This document shows positions 18,567-26,822 of a DNA stretch of 58,579 nucleotides, piece by piece. Every line of letters begins with the position of its first letter. Within the stretch, counting starts at the first letter, position 1. Position numbers and translations under genes: made by a program. The stretch lies in the IMG/VR virus record IMGVR_UViG_3300045988_039851. One strand, given 5' to 3'. The notes beneath the pieces were generated by a model. It was not told where the DNA came from. It searched no databases and saw nothing but the letters and a program-made list of their open reading frames with translations. This DNA comes from a virus.

Positions 18567-18610
18567 ATTATAAACTTTTTAGTGTTCGTTGTCAAGAACT
18601 TTTTAGTGTT
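18567..18610 (-). promoter_or_regulatory. Promoter TTGACA-17-TATAAT with two AACACTAAAAAGT operator boxes
   Basis: -10 at 18567-72 and -35 at 18590-95 (minus strand). Boxes at 18574-86 (in the spacer) and 18598-610. Confidence 0.7.
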
Positions 18611-18773
18611 GCGATTTATTTTTTACTATCAATAGGGTGGTCAAACGGCTGTAAACTTTTTCGTTGCTTTACAAACTGTATACTTGAATAGTAGCCTTAC
18701 GAATTATCGAAAAATAATTTTCAAGTTACTATCACTATGGTAAACTAATCCGTTTACGGAAATGCTATCAAAT

Positions 18774-18789
18774 AACGTAAATTTACGTT
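18774..18789. promoter_or_regulatory. Perfect 16-bp palindrome AACGTAAATTTACGTT (candidate protein-binding site)
   Basis: Read directly. Lies in an AT-rich 300-bp intergenic region with further dyads (ACTTGAA..TTCAAGT, AATTAT..ATAATT). Confidence 0.5.
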
Positions 18790-18840
18790 AGAATGAGTAA
18801 AAACCAGAAATATCTGATGCAGATTATACAAATTGGGCTG

Positions 18841-18869
18841 TTGACAACTATATACCAAGCGTCTATAAT
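18841..18869 (+). promoter_or_regulatory. Consensus promoter TTGACA-17-TATAAT
   Basis: Exact hexamers with a 17-nt spacer. Faces the small ORFs at 19082 and 19371. Confidence 0.7.
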
Positions 18870-19081
18870 CTAAGACAGCAGAACACACGAAGAATCAGCC
18901 AACAACGGCAGATTTATCCTTTGTGGCATAAAAAATAGGCCATCAGCACCACCGACCAAAGTTGCACTGATGACCTATTCCACCACAAAACAGAAGCTGC
19001 GCAACCAAGGGTGCAGTCTCGGTTTCTGTCAATTATTATAGCAGAAGCAAACGACTTCTGCAATAGAAAGGAGCAAAAAAC

Positions 19082-19240
19082 ATGAAATTTCCCACAACAA
19101 CCGAAGAATTTCTGAAAACCCTCGCACACGGCAAAGAGCCGACCAGCGAGGACAGGGAGTATGCAGAAGCACTGAGTAAGCTGTCCGAACTGAACTACCG
19201 GGCGGGGTACGAAGCGGGAACATCCAAAAAGGATAGCTAA
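19082..19240 (+). CDS. Small acidic hypothetical protein (52 aa)
   Basis: ATG follows an AAAGGAG RBS; translated by hand (MKFPTTTEEFLKTLAHGKEPTSEDREYAE..). Confidence 0.55.
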   Translation: MKFPTTTEEFLKTLAHGKEPTSEDREYAEALSKLSELNYRAGYEAGTSKKDS

Positions 19241-19370
19241 GTTTTGTGCAAAATGTAGAAAACGGGAAGATAGTACAGATAGCAGTACTACGGATAGTGT
19301 TTCATACCTTGACTTAGCACAAAACATAGTTATACTAATATCACCAACAATCGAAAGGGGGTGGGCTAAT

Positions 19371-19538
19371 ATGAGCAATCCTTATGCTGAGAGATACAAT
19401 CGCACATTAACTATCAGCTTGACGGAACGCCAGTTTAATCACTTGCAAGACTACTGCATCAAGAACATGGTTTCCTTGTCTTCTGCGCTGCGAGAATCGT
19501 TCTTCTTGCTTCATCCGATGCTTAATGAAAAGAAATGA
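19371..19538 (+). CDS. Small ribbon-helix-helix-like protein (55 aa)
   Basis: RBS GAAAGGGGGTGG. The N-terminus RTLTISLTERQFNHLQDYC fits a CopG/RHH beta-strand plus helix pattern. Confidence 0.5.
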   Translation: MSNPYAERYNRTLTISLTERQFNHLQDYCIKNMVSLSSALRESFFLLHPMLNEKK

Positions 19539-19657
19539 TACGCTCGCTAAAGTTTGGCGACCACAGCGAACGTATCATGTAAACCCTGAGAGAAGCATTC
19601 TCTCGCCGTTATTATAGCAGAAAATTGCTTCTCTCACAAGTGAAAAGGAGCTTTTTA

Positions 19658-20482
19658 ATGCAACTTTCTTTGTCTGAGAACATCAAAATCTTTAACAACG
19701 CCGAGTTTGGCGAAATTCGTGCCGCACTTATTGACAACGAACCGTGGTTTGTGCTGAAAGATGTATGTGTAGCATTTGGAGAAACCAATTATCGACGCGT
19801 TGCCGCCAGATTAGATGATGAAGAAAAGGGTGTGTCACAAATCAACACCCCCGGCGGCACACAAAGCATGACTGTTGTGAATGAAGCTGGGATTTATTCT
19901 GCGTTGTTTGCAATGCAGCCAGAGAAAGCTCGTGGTGTCAATGAGGAATATATTTCCAATAGACAAGAGCAATTAAAGAAATTCAAGCACTGGGTCACTC
20001 ACGAGGTTTTGCCGTCCATCCGCAAGCATGGAATGTACATGACCGACAATCTGTTGGAGACGGCTATTGCCAACCCGGACTTCGTGATCGGTCTAATTCA
20101 GAACATGAAGGCCGAGAAGGAAAAGAGTGCAGCGTTGCAGATGCAGAACAAGCAGCTCTGCGAGAAGAACGAAGAGATGCAGCCTAAGGCGGACTACTTT
20201 GACGACCTCGTGGCGTGGAACGTATCTACCAATTTCCGCTCGACCGCAAAGGAACTGCGTATTCCTGAACGTCTGTTCATCAAGATGCTCATTTCTGACG
20301 GTTATATCTACCGTGACAAGAGCAAGGGTATCCTGCCGAAAGCGGGCAAGGGCGACGGTCTCTTTGCCGTCAAGGAATATTGCAACCAGAAGAACAAGCA
20401 CGGTGGCGTACAGACCAGAGTAACGCCGAAAGGCCGTGAGACATTCCGTCTGCTCTATGCAAGCATTCGTAGAAATGGATAA
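19658..20482 (+). CDS. Antirepressor (BRO-N-like N-terminal domain)
   Basis: ATG at 19658 follows AAAAGGAG. Motif FNNAEFGEIRAALIDNEPWFVLKDVCVAFG. Confidence 0.8.
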   Translation: MQLSLSENIKIFNNAEFGEIRAALIDNEPWFVLKDVCVAFGETNYRRVAARLDDEEKGVSQINTPGGTQSMTVVNEAGIYSALFAMQPEKARGVNEEYISNRQEQLKKFKHWVTHEVLPSIRKHGMYMTDNLLETAIANPDFVIGLIQNMKAEKEKSAALQMQNKQLCEKNEEMQPKADYFDDLVAWNVSTNFRSTAKELRIPERLFIKMLISDGYIYRDKSKGILPKAGKGDGLFAVKEYCNQKNKHGGVQTRVTPKGRETFRLLYASIRRNG

Positions 20483-20554
20483 TTGAGGTTTTTCTGAAAA
20501 ATCCGAAAAACTCACACGGCGGACATTTTTGTCCTTCGTGAAATAGTCCAATAG

Positions 20555-20594
20555 AAAAGCCAGTGGTTAGAGAGCATCTAGCCGCTGGCTTTTT
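20555..20594. terminator. Bidirectional rho-independent terminator
   Basis: AAAAGCCAGtGG..CCgCTGGCTTTTT hairpin between convergent genes. Confidence 0.7.
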
Positions 20595-20605
20595 ATGTTA
20601 TGCGA

Positions 20606-21235
20606 TTATTCCTCTACGAGATCTGCGTACTTGACTTCAATACGAGGAAGTTCATCAGTGGTGCTGGTCAACGCTCTGGTGATTTTTTCAAGCCCGGTGA
20701 ACTCACCATAGACGGTGATAATATCATCGTCCAGAATCTTCACGGCATCTCCACCACGCTTATCCAGCATATAATACTCGTCATCGGCATAGAAGCCGTA
20801 TCCGCTATTGTCCGTGTAGGTTCTCCATGCCTTTTCGCTACCGGAGAAGTTTGCGTCAATAATCTGCGAAACCTTTACCTTGACAACAATCTTAGTTCCT
20901 TCATACTTTTCGGGATAACGGCACAGCTCCTTGTAGTCCACAGTCTGGCACTCTGCCTTGTAATCGTCCTCGCTGATCTCAGGCACAACAGATGCAACGG
21001 AAGAAGCGGTCGATTCACTTGCCTTAGACGTTGCTTTACTGCTGCTTGCAGAACTGTCAGAGCCGCTACCAGAGCCGCCAATGGCAGACAGAACAATCAG
21101 TACGATAATAACGATGAACCACCAACGCTTGTAGATGGGCGGCTTATTCTTACCGCCACACTGAGGGCAGACCTTTGCACTTGCGGCAATCTCTGCTCCA
21201 CAGTGCTTGCACGTTGTCATTTTACTTTTAGCCAT
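20606..21235 (-). CDS. Membrane-anchored zinc-ribbon protein (moron-like)
   Basis: ATG at 21235 follows GGGAGGAA. N-terminal CKHCG..CPQCG, then a TM helix, a Ser-rich linker and a C-terminal domain. Confidence 0.65.
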   Translation of the reverse strand: MAKSKMTTCKHCGAEIAASAKVCPQCGGKNKPPIYKRWWFIVIIVLIVLSAIGGSGSGSDSSASSSKATSKASESTASSVASVVPEISEDDYKAECQTVDYKELCRYPEKYEGTKIVVKVKVSQIIDANFSGSEKAWRTYTDNSGYGFYADDEYYMLDKRGGDAVKILDDDIITVYGEFTGLEKITRALTSTTDELPRIEVKYADLVEE

Positions 21236-21367
21236 TGTAGATTCCTCCCTTTCAAGGCTTGTAAGGCAAGTATAGCACAGAACGCAGACCCTTTGTAGGG
21301 GTCTTTTTGTTTTTGCGGCGGAATTTTTAAGATTGTGCATAGAGAGCAAGATTAAGACTTATGCAAA

Positions 21368-22576
21368 TCACTTCACTTTCTTCATCGGTCTGCCATTAGG
21401 AAGCTGCGGTGACTTGATAGCCTGTTCCCATGTCATTCCTTTCTTCTTCACTCTATAAGTGACGGTAGGGACAAGCAGCCCGTATTGTTCACACCATTCT
21501 GACAAAAATTTTGTTTCTCCATCCATCGTAATTGTCATGCCGTGTTTTTTGTAAAATTCGGGTCTGTTGAACTCGCTTCGTGGACGCTGATTTGTCATCT
21601 GTTCTTTCATTGTCGCCCATCGACAGTTTTCGGGACAGTAATTACCGTCATTGTTAATTCGGTCAATGCTTAACTCGTCACTATATCCATGAGATAATGC
21701 CCAATCTTGAAATGCCTTGTAATCGTCAATCCATTCATCGCAAATAGAAATTCCTCTTGCACCATAATATTTATAAGCAATCGACTTGGGATTATAGCAT
21801 CTCTGGTGCATACCATACCAAATATTAGTGATTCGATGATTTACGCATCCGTATATTTTTGATTCCATCTTTCTTGCAACGCAATTAACGCCGCAAGAAT
21901 TTGCCGTGCCACCTGACAGCTCTACTGCCCGAACATTTTTGATGTTCCCGCAGTCGCACTTACAAGGGAATGTGCGGTTTTTCTTGTTATATGCGCCGAT
22001 GATTTCAAGATGCCCAAATCTGCGACCAATCCAATCTTTGGAATCGTATTTTCCATGATTAAAATTGCAAGGGCATTTTTCGGCAATGCCATCAACTACT
22101 TTCTTCCCAGATCGTTGCGACTTCTTGTGGCATCTAGTGCATTCACAAAGCCAACCATTTCCGCCTAAGATTTCAAGCACTTTCCAAGTGCCAAACACCT
22201 GTCCAACATATTTTTCGTCATGGTATGGGTACAGACGCGAATATGTTTTTTGAGCATCGACTTCTTTTTGTTTTTTTCGGATTTTTTCACGTTCTTCTCT
22301 TGCGGCTGCGATTCTTGCGAGTTTGACCGCTTTGCGTTCTTCTTTCATACAAGCACAATGTCCAGAGTTTTTCCCAGTAACATAATCCTTGCCGTTACGG
22401 GTCGTTCTAATCGCCCCGCAATGAACGCATTTCAACGTCCATATTTGTTTTGCACTATTCCTCATATCATCTGCGGGCTGAACGTCAATAACTTCAAAAT
22501 CTCCATACACTTTTCCGATTCTTTCTTTATAGAATCCATCGCACCATTTTTCAAGAGACCATTCAGATTTTTCCAT
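21368..22576 (-). CDS. HNH endonuclease-like protein with several Cys-rich repeats
   Basis: 402 aa. The C-terminal half has YYGARGISICDEW..SIDRINNDGNYCPENCRWATMKEQ. Confidence 0.7.
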   Translation of the reverse strand: MEKSEWSLEKWCDGFYKERIGKVYGDFEVIDVQPADDMRNSAKQIWTLKCVHCGAIRTTRNGKDYVTGKNSGHCACMKEERKAVKLARIAAAREEREKIRKKQKEVDAQKTYSRLYPYHDEKYVGQVFGTWKVLEILGGNGWLCECTRCHKKSQRSGKKVVDGIAEKCPCNFNHGKYDSKDWIGRRFGHLEIIGAYNKKNRTFPCKCDCGNIKNVRAVELSGGTANSCGVNCVARKMESKIYGCVNHRITNIWYGMHQRCYNPKSIAYKYYGARGISICDEWIDDYKAFQDWALSHGYSDELSIDRINNDGNYCPENCRWATMKEQMTNQRPRSEFNRPEFYKKHGMTITMDGETKFLSEWCEQYGLLVPTVTYRVKKKGMTWEQAIKSPQLPNGRPMKKVK

Positions 22577-22609
22577 GTAATCCTCCTTATATCGTTATTT
22601 TATGATTCT

Positions 22610-22638
22610 ATTATACCACTTTTTTAGTAGAAGTACAA
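22610..22638 (-). promoter_or_regulatory. Promoter TTGTAC-17-TATAAT with an operator-like ACTAAAAAAGTGG in the spacer
   Basis: Hexamers read on the minus strand upstream of the HNH gene. Confidence 0.55.
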
Positions 22639-22897
22639 TGTTTATTACACTATATGTGGGGCTTCTTTTATGTGGCAAGGATGGATGAAGTGTTCACCCA
22701 CCCCACCCCCGGCGCTCCCTATATACCCCGCCGGTGGAGACCCAAGCCCCAGCGCACCCGGAACGCCTGCACATATCAGGAAGCAACACAGGCCGTGCCA
22801 GAATCAGGGCAGACCGTACCGGCGGCGGACGCTGGAGGGCGTGGAGTGCGTCCGAAACTGTGCAGATTTGGACGCAGCGCAACAACGCATAAAAGCA

Positions 22898-22990
22898 AAC
22901 ACTAAAAAGTGTGCAATGTTGCGTGTGCAACTTGACGCGAACACTAAAAAGTGCTATTATAATATCAGAAACAAACGAACACTAAAAAGT
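22898..22990 (+). promoter_or_regulatory. Promoter TTGACG-17-TATTAT with three AACACTAAAAAGT operator boxes
   Basis: Boxes at 22898-910, 22940-52 (in the spacer) and 22978-90. -35 at 22932-37 and -10 at 22955-60. Confidence 0.7.
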
Positions 22991-23023
22991 GTTACACCAC
23001 CACAAAGCAGGAGGCAAACCATT

Positions 23024-23458
23024 ATGAACAATAAAGAGATCGATTATACCGCCCGCCCCATTCCGGGAGATTACGAAGGCCGCAGCCATCGCGCGTGTGT
23101 ATGGTACAACAGAGCCCGCGCCGCGTTTGATCTTGCCACGCTTGACACGCTGACAACCGCCGCAGATAAAGCCGCTGACCGCGTGCCCACTGAGGCATAC
23201 GAAAAAGCAAGAAAGCTCCTTGACAGCGTGCAGCGTTGGGGGCTTGCAGATGTAAGAGCGTGGGAGCTTGACAACGACAGCCGATATTATAACTCCGAGT
23301 GGCTCAAAACCCGACAGGCTCAGCTTGCAAAACGGCGTGTAAAGCTTAACAAAGAGCTTGCAACATACGGCTTGCAGATTGACAGTTACGGCTTGTATCC
23401 TTGCATCCGGGAGATCACCAAGCCGGGCACAGATATGAATTTATTGTACTGGTTTTAA
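23024..23458 (+). CDS. Hypothetical protein
   Basis: ATG at 23024 follows AGGAGG. The upstream part of track ORF 22670-23458 is GC-rich and overlaps the promoter and operators. Confidence 0.65.
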   Translation: MNNKEIDYTARPIPGDYEGRSHRACVWYNRARAAFDLATLDTLTTAADKAADRVPTEAYEKARKLLDSVQRWGLADVRAWELDNDSRYYNSEWLKTRQAQLAKRRVKLNKELATYGLQIDSYGLYPCIREITKPGTDMNLLYWF

Positions 23459-23475
23459 TGGGAGGTGTGCAACGT

Positions 23476-23670
23476 ATGAACAAGCTTGTTTTTGAAGTGA
23501 ACAACGGCAGAAAATTGGAACTTGTGCAGCGGGAGGACAACGGAACGACCCTTATTTGTTCCCTCGATGCACCGGACAACGAGGCATATATAAGCGCTGG
23601 CGACTTTGTGCAGCTGATTAACCTTTACCGCTACTGCAAGCGGTACGATATCAAAAAACGATTGGATTAA
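23476..23670 (+). CDS. Hypothetical protein
   Basis: ATG at 23476 follows GGGAGG. Confidence 0.6.
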   Translation: MNKLVFEVNNGRKLELVQREDNGTTLICSLDAPDNEAYISAGDFVQLINLYRYCKRYDIKKRLD

Positions 23671-23702
23671 CCCCAACGGCAAAAATACGGAGGTATAATA
23701 AA

Positions 23703-23900
23703 ATGACCAGATCGGACGAATTGAACGCAGAAATCAGAAATCAGGCCGTGCACCTATATCCCAAGTGCGCCGGGCTGTTTGAGTTGCCATTGATGGTATA
23801 CACTCAGATTGTAGCGGACAACCTGACCCGCTCCAAGCCGTACCGCTTGAGCGTTGAGCGGTGCAAAAAAATTATTCTGGCAATGCCGGAGTTTGATTGA
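23703..23900 (+). CDS. Hypothetical protein
   Basis: ATG follows ACGGAGG. Confidence 0.6.
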   Translation: MTRSDELNAEIRNQAVHLYPKCAGLFELPLMVYTQIVADNLTRSKPYRLSVERCKKIILAMPEFD

Positions 23901-23915
23901 TGGAGGTTTTACAGT

Positions 23916-24011
23916 ATGATTACTTTGGACTTTACCCAGTGGGCCGCCCTCTGGTATGTGGGCGGCATGATCTCCGGCGCACTCGTTATGATCGCATTTC
24001 TCAACAGCTAA
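23916..24011 (+). CDS. Tiny membrane protein (31 aa)
   Basis: ATG follows TGGAGG; translated by hand (MITLDFTQWAALWYVGGMISGALVMIAFLNS). Confidence 0.45.
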   Translation: MITLDFTQWAALWYVGGMISGALVMIAFLNS

Positions 24012-24027
24012 CAAGGAGGGCTAAAAA

Positions 24028-24291
24028 ATGACGATGTTTGAAGAAAAGGTGAACGCATACCGCGAAAACAAGCGGTTAATTGAAGAGCTTGAAGCGATGA
24101 ACGACGCCGTAAAGGCTGAAATTATTGACATGATGCACGGCGCGCCCGAAATGGTACAAGGCACTGCGAAAGCCATTTACAAGGACGTGCAAAGCGTCCG
24201 GCTTGATAGCAAGCTTTTACATGCAGCGCACCCAGATATTTATGCTGAGTGCAGCAAAAAGACCGTTTACAAACGGTTTAGCGTGGTATAA
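24028..24291 (+). CDS. Hypothetical protein
   Basis: ATG follows AAGGAGGG. Confidence 0.6.
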   Translation: MTMFEEKVNAYRENKRLIEELEAMNDAVKAEIIDMMHGAPEMVQGTAKAIYKDVQSVRLDSKLLHAAHPDIYAECSKKTVYKRFSVV

Positions 24292-24377
24292 GGAGGTGCA
24301 ACAAGTGTCCTGCATCCTGTTTTTATTTTGGTTTTTTAGTGCCTTGTTTAAGGCCAGCAAGTGAGGAGGGCTATATA

Positions 24378-24542
24378 ATGACTACTACCACCATTAAGGG
24401 CATTGACCCCATGACCGGACTGTATATCACCCGATACTATGCGCGCAAAGCCTGCCCCGGTGATTGCGTTGTTGTCAAGGTCTGCGGCGGCTATACCATC
24501 ATGGCCGCAGCTGATTATAACATCTGGCGATGCCAGCGTTGA
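24378..24542 (+). CDS. Hypothetical protein
   Basis: ATG at 24378 follows GAGGAGGG; 54 aa. Confidence 0.55.
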   Translation: MTTTTIKGIDPMTGLYITRYYARKACPGDCVVVKVCGGYTIMAAADYNIWRCQR

Positions 24543-24559
24543 CCCACTTTCCACTTCAA

Positions 24560-24590
24560 CCCCGCCCACGTGGCGGGGCTTTTCTTTTGC
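24560..24590 (+). terminator. Rho-independent terminator ending the 23024-24542 operon
   Basis: CCCCGCCCAC/GTGGCGGGG stem followed by CTTTTCTTTT. Confidence 0.75.
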
Positions 24591-25031
24591 CTTGCATCTG
24601 CTGAGGGTGCAGGGCTTTTATTTTGCCCTGTTGCAATATGCCTAAATACAAGCGTTTACAGAGGCTTTTATATCATCCATGCAGTTATACCGCCAACACC
24701 TCAAAACAGCGCACAGAGCTTTACAGAGGCTTTTCCTGTGATTATACCCGCTCAACCGACCACGATACCAGACCGACAAAAGCGGCTATAATATCGCCCG
24801 TGTAACGTTGGAGCGTATCACAGCGCCTCCAGCACATACCAGATACCAGATACCAGACAGCCGTGCCGGACGCTGTACAGGTCAGCGTAGTTGCCCTATT
24901 ATAATAAGGTATATAAGGGTGCGCCGCAGACCATGCAAGCCCAGCGGGGTTTCGATACTTTCCACGCCCAGCGGCTTGCGATCTGACACCGGTCAGCAGT
25001 CAGGGCGCACCGGCTGGAATAGTTGTAGCCA

Positions 25032-26076
25032 ATAGTCGTAGTTTCTCCGATAAAATAGTCGTGGAATAGTCGTAAAGTCGTCTGACAACTAGCTTTTGAA
25101 AGTCCTATATATCGTATATTAACCAGCAGTTTGCTGATAGTCGTAGAGTAATAGCCGTAGCGTTTTCTTGCGAATCATCGTCAAATAGTCGTGTATTTTT
25201 TGTATGAAATGGTCGTTCGCCTTTTAGAGAAAGAGAGATGCGATAGTCGCTAAGTCGTCCGACCATTCCCAAAATCAATAACTGTCAAGACACCTATCAG
25301 TTTTAATCCTAGTTACATTACCTCAAAATCTTTAACCATCGTACTTATTATAATAGTCGCAGACAATTACTCAATCTTTTTAACTATTATTCCACTGAAA
25401 TAGTCGTACCATCCGATTCGGTTCGTTCTTCTTCGATTTAATTGCCAACAGCCACAATCATATCATATTAATCAACTAGAATTATCCATTCAGCAAATAC
25501 TTCAATACTTTTAACTATCTAATAAAACCATCCAGCTGGTCAGTTGCTTTCAATCTGTAATCAACCGCTCATACCGCCATGCAACATTTCTACATATTCA
25601 ACCTACCACAAAATGAAGTCAATTCTCCATGTGAAATAGTCGCAGACCATCTACCAGTCTGAACCTCACGCCGGTTCTCTCCTACTGTCTGCTCTGCTGG
25701 CTAACGGTATAGTTTTGGAGATAGAGGGTTGTAGGGAGAAAGAACCTTTGTGGAAACATTTGGTTGTCGTTTTCAGTTGTCGCAGTTGTCGCACCATTTT
25801 GGCGTGGGGACATGAAATAGCTTGTCTATTTCATGGAAGGGAGATAGAGAGATAGATAGATAATAATAGGGGGTTATAGGGGGGAAGAAGAAGGAAGGAA
25901 GAGAGGAAGATTGGATGCAAACGCATCACGTGCATCCATTTGCATGCAAACGCATCACGCTTATAGTCGTAGCCATATCAGCCCAAACGACACTCGATCG
26001 AGACGGTTCCCGCTCAAAATCAGACATTGCCGTTTTCTCTCGATAAATAACAAGAGAAAAAAGCGCGGAATAGTCG
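25032..26076 (+). repeat. Dispersed same-strand array of ATAGTCG boxes around an AT-rich core
   Basis: Exact copies start at 25032, 25055, 25066, 25137, 25185, 25243, 25353, 25400, 25636, 25963 and 26070, plus at least 8 one-mismatch copies. Confidence 0.85.
25915..25959 (+). repeat. Two ATGCAAACGCATCACG boxes flanking TGCATCCATTTGCAT
   Basis: 16-mers at 25915-30 and 25944-59. The 15-mer at 25931-45 recurs at 28659-73. Confidence 0.85.
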
Positions 26077-26150
26077 CAGAGGGTAGTTTTACCACCTGAT
26101 ACCATTCCATGCTTTCTGATACAATAGTTCTGTAGCCGCACGAGCTGAGA

Positions 26151-26453
26151 TTAGATATTCTTACTCTCTCTTGCTTTACGCAGACGTTCTGCAAGTGCTG
26201 CACGCTGCTCTTCGCTGATTTCACGGGTGATGGGCGAGCGGAACTTCACAAGACGCTTCGGCATCGAATAGGTCTTGGATTCCTTGCACCGCTTGGCAGA
26301 CAGTTCCTCCATGAACTTGTACGTATCAGGGAACTGCTCACAGAGCTTGTCCAGCTTGCGAATGTAAACCGGGTCTGCTGTGTAGACTTCTGCGGTATCC
26401 TCCGCTGCGTTGAAGGTGATGATGGTTTCACGTTCGATGTTGGTAAGTGCCAT
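26151..26453 (-). CDS. Hypothetical protein (last gene of the early operon)
   Basis: 100-aa ORF with an RBS-like AAGGAGAAAAC. Confidence 0.6.
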   Translation of the reverse strand: MALTNIERETIITFNAAEDTAEVYTADPVYIRKLDKLCEQFPDTYKFMEELSAKRCKESKTYSMPKRLVKFRSPITREISEEQRAALAERLRKARESKNI

Positions 26454-26472
26454 AGTTGTTTTCTCCTTTGCG

Positions 26473-26682
26473 TTATTTTTGGTTGATTTTCTTTTTTGGA
26501 CAAGTTTCTGGCAAATAATCCATGCAAGCTCGGCATGAAATGGTCTTTCGACAAATCATTCGTTCTGCTCGTTCTTTCTCTTCTTGTTCGCGTCTTTGGC
26601 ACTCTCGCTTGTACTCTTCTTCGTGCCGTCTGTATGCATTGGCGATGATGATAGCATGGACAGCAGCCATGTTTGGAACCAT
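26473..26682 (-). CDS. Hypothetical Cys-containing protein
   Basis: 69-aa ORF with RBS AGGAGGAAAAG. Confidence 0.55.
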   Translation of the reverse strand: MVPNMAAVHAIIIANAYRRHEEEYKRECQRREQEEKERAERMICRKTISCRACMDYLPETCPKKKINQK

Positions 26683-26822
26683 AGTCTTTTCCTCCTGTAT
26701 TTTGTGTAGTGAAAAATATTTATGGGGTTCAGACGGTAACTTTATCGCCCAAACCCTGTTATCTGTTTTTCTTGCCTATTCTACTATGGCGATACGAGCG
26801 TAGAAGCGATGTTAGGCTACTA

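Noticed and set aside
18955-18985. Hammerhead ribozyme core (CTGATGA) in the leader after the 18841 promoter
   Set aside because: No stem II hairpin follows the CUGAUGA, and there is no GAAA with a stem III/cleavage-site arrangement. The match is a chance heptamer inside an ordinary hairpin arm.
18914-19378. 154-aa minus-strand ORF
   Set aside because: It overlaps a consensus plus-strand promoter and two RBS-preceded plus-strand small ORFs. Its translation is hydrophobic and Cys/Phe-rich noise without an RBS.
18574-22990. Inverted AACACTAAAAAGT repeats as crossover sites of a 4.3-kb invertible segment next to the serine recombinase
   Set aside because: The boxes sit inside or beside the -35/-10 spacers of outward-facing promoters, and they occur in 2+1+3 copies. 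This is operator behaviour. They are 13 bp long and lack the longer hix/gix-like context.
22654-23023. N-terminal extension of ORF 22670-23458, and ORF 22654-22905
   Set aside because: The region is GC-rich with Pro/Arg-rich translations and contains the promoter and three operator boxes. A strong AGGAGG RBS precedes the internal ATG at 23024.
24543-26150. CRISPR array in the 1.6-kb ORF-free tract
   Set aside because: The repeated unit is only 7-10 bp, the spacing is irregular (11-327 bp), there is no repeat of 24-40 bp with similar-length spacers, and no cas genes are present.
24543-26150. Coding region hidden by stop-codon reassignment (the repeated box contains TAG)
   Set aside because: TAA, TAG and TGA all interrupt every frame within short distances. 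All other genes in the element translate normally with the standard code.
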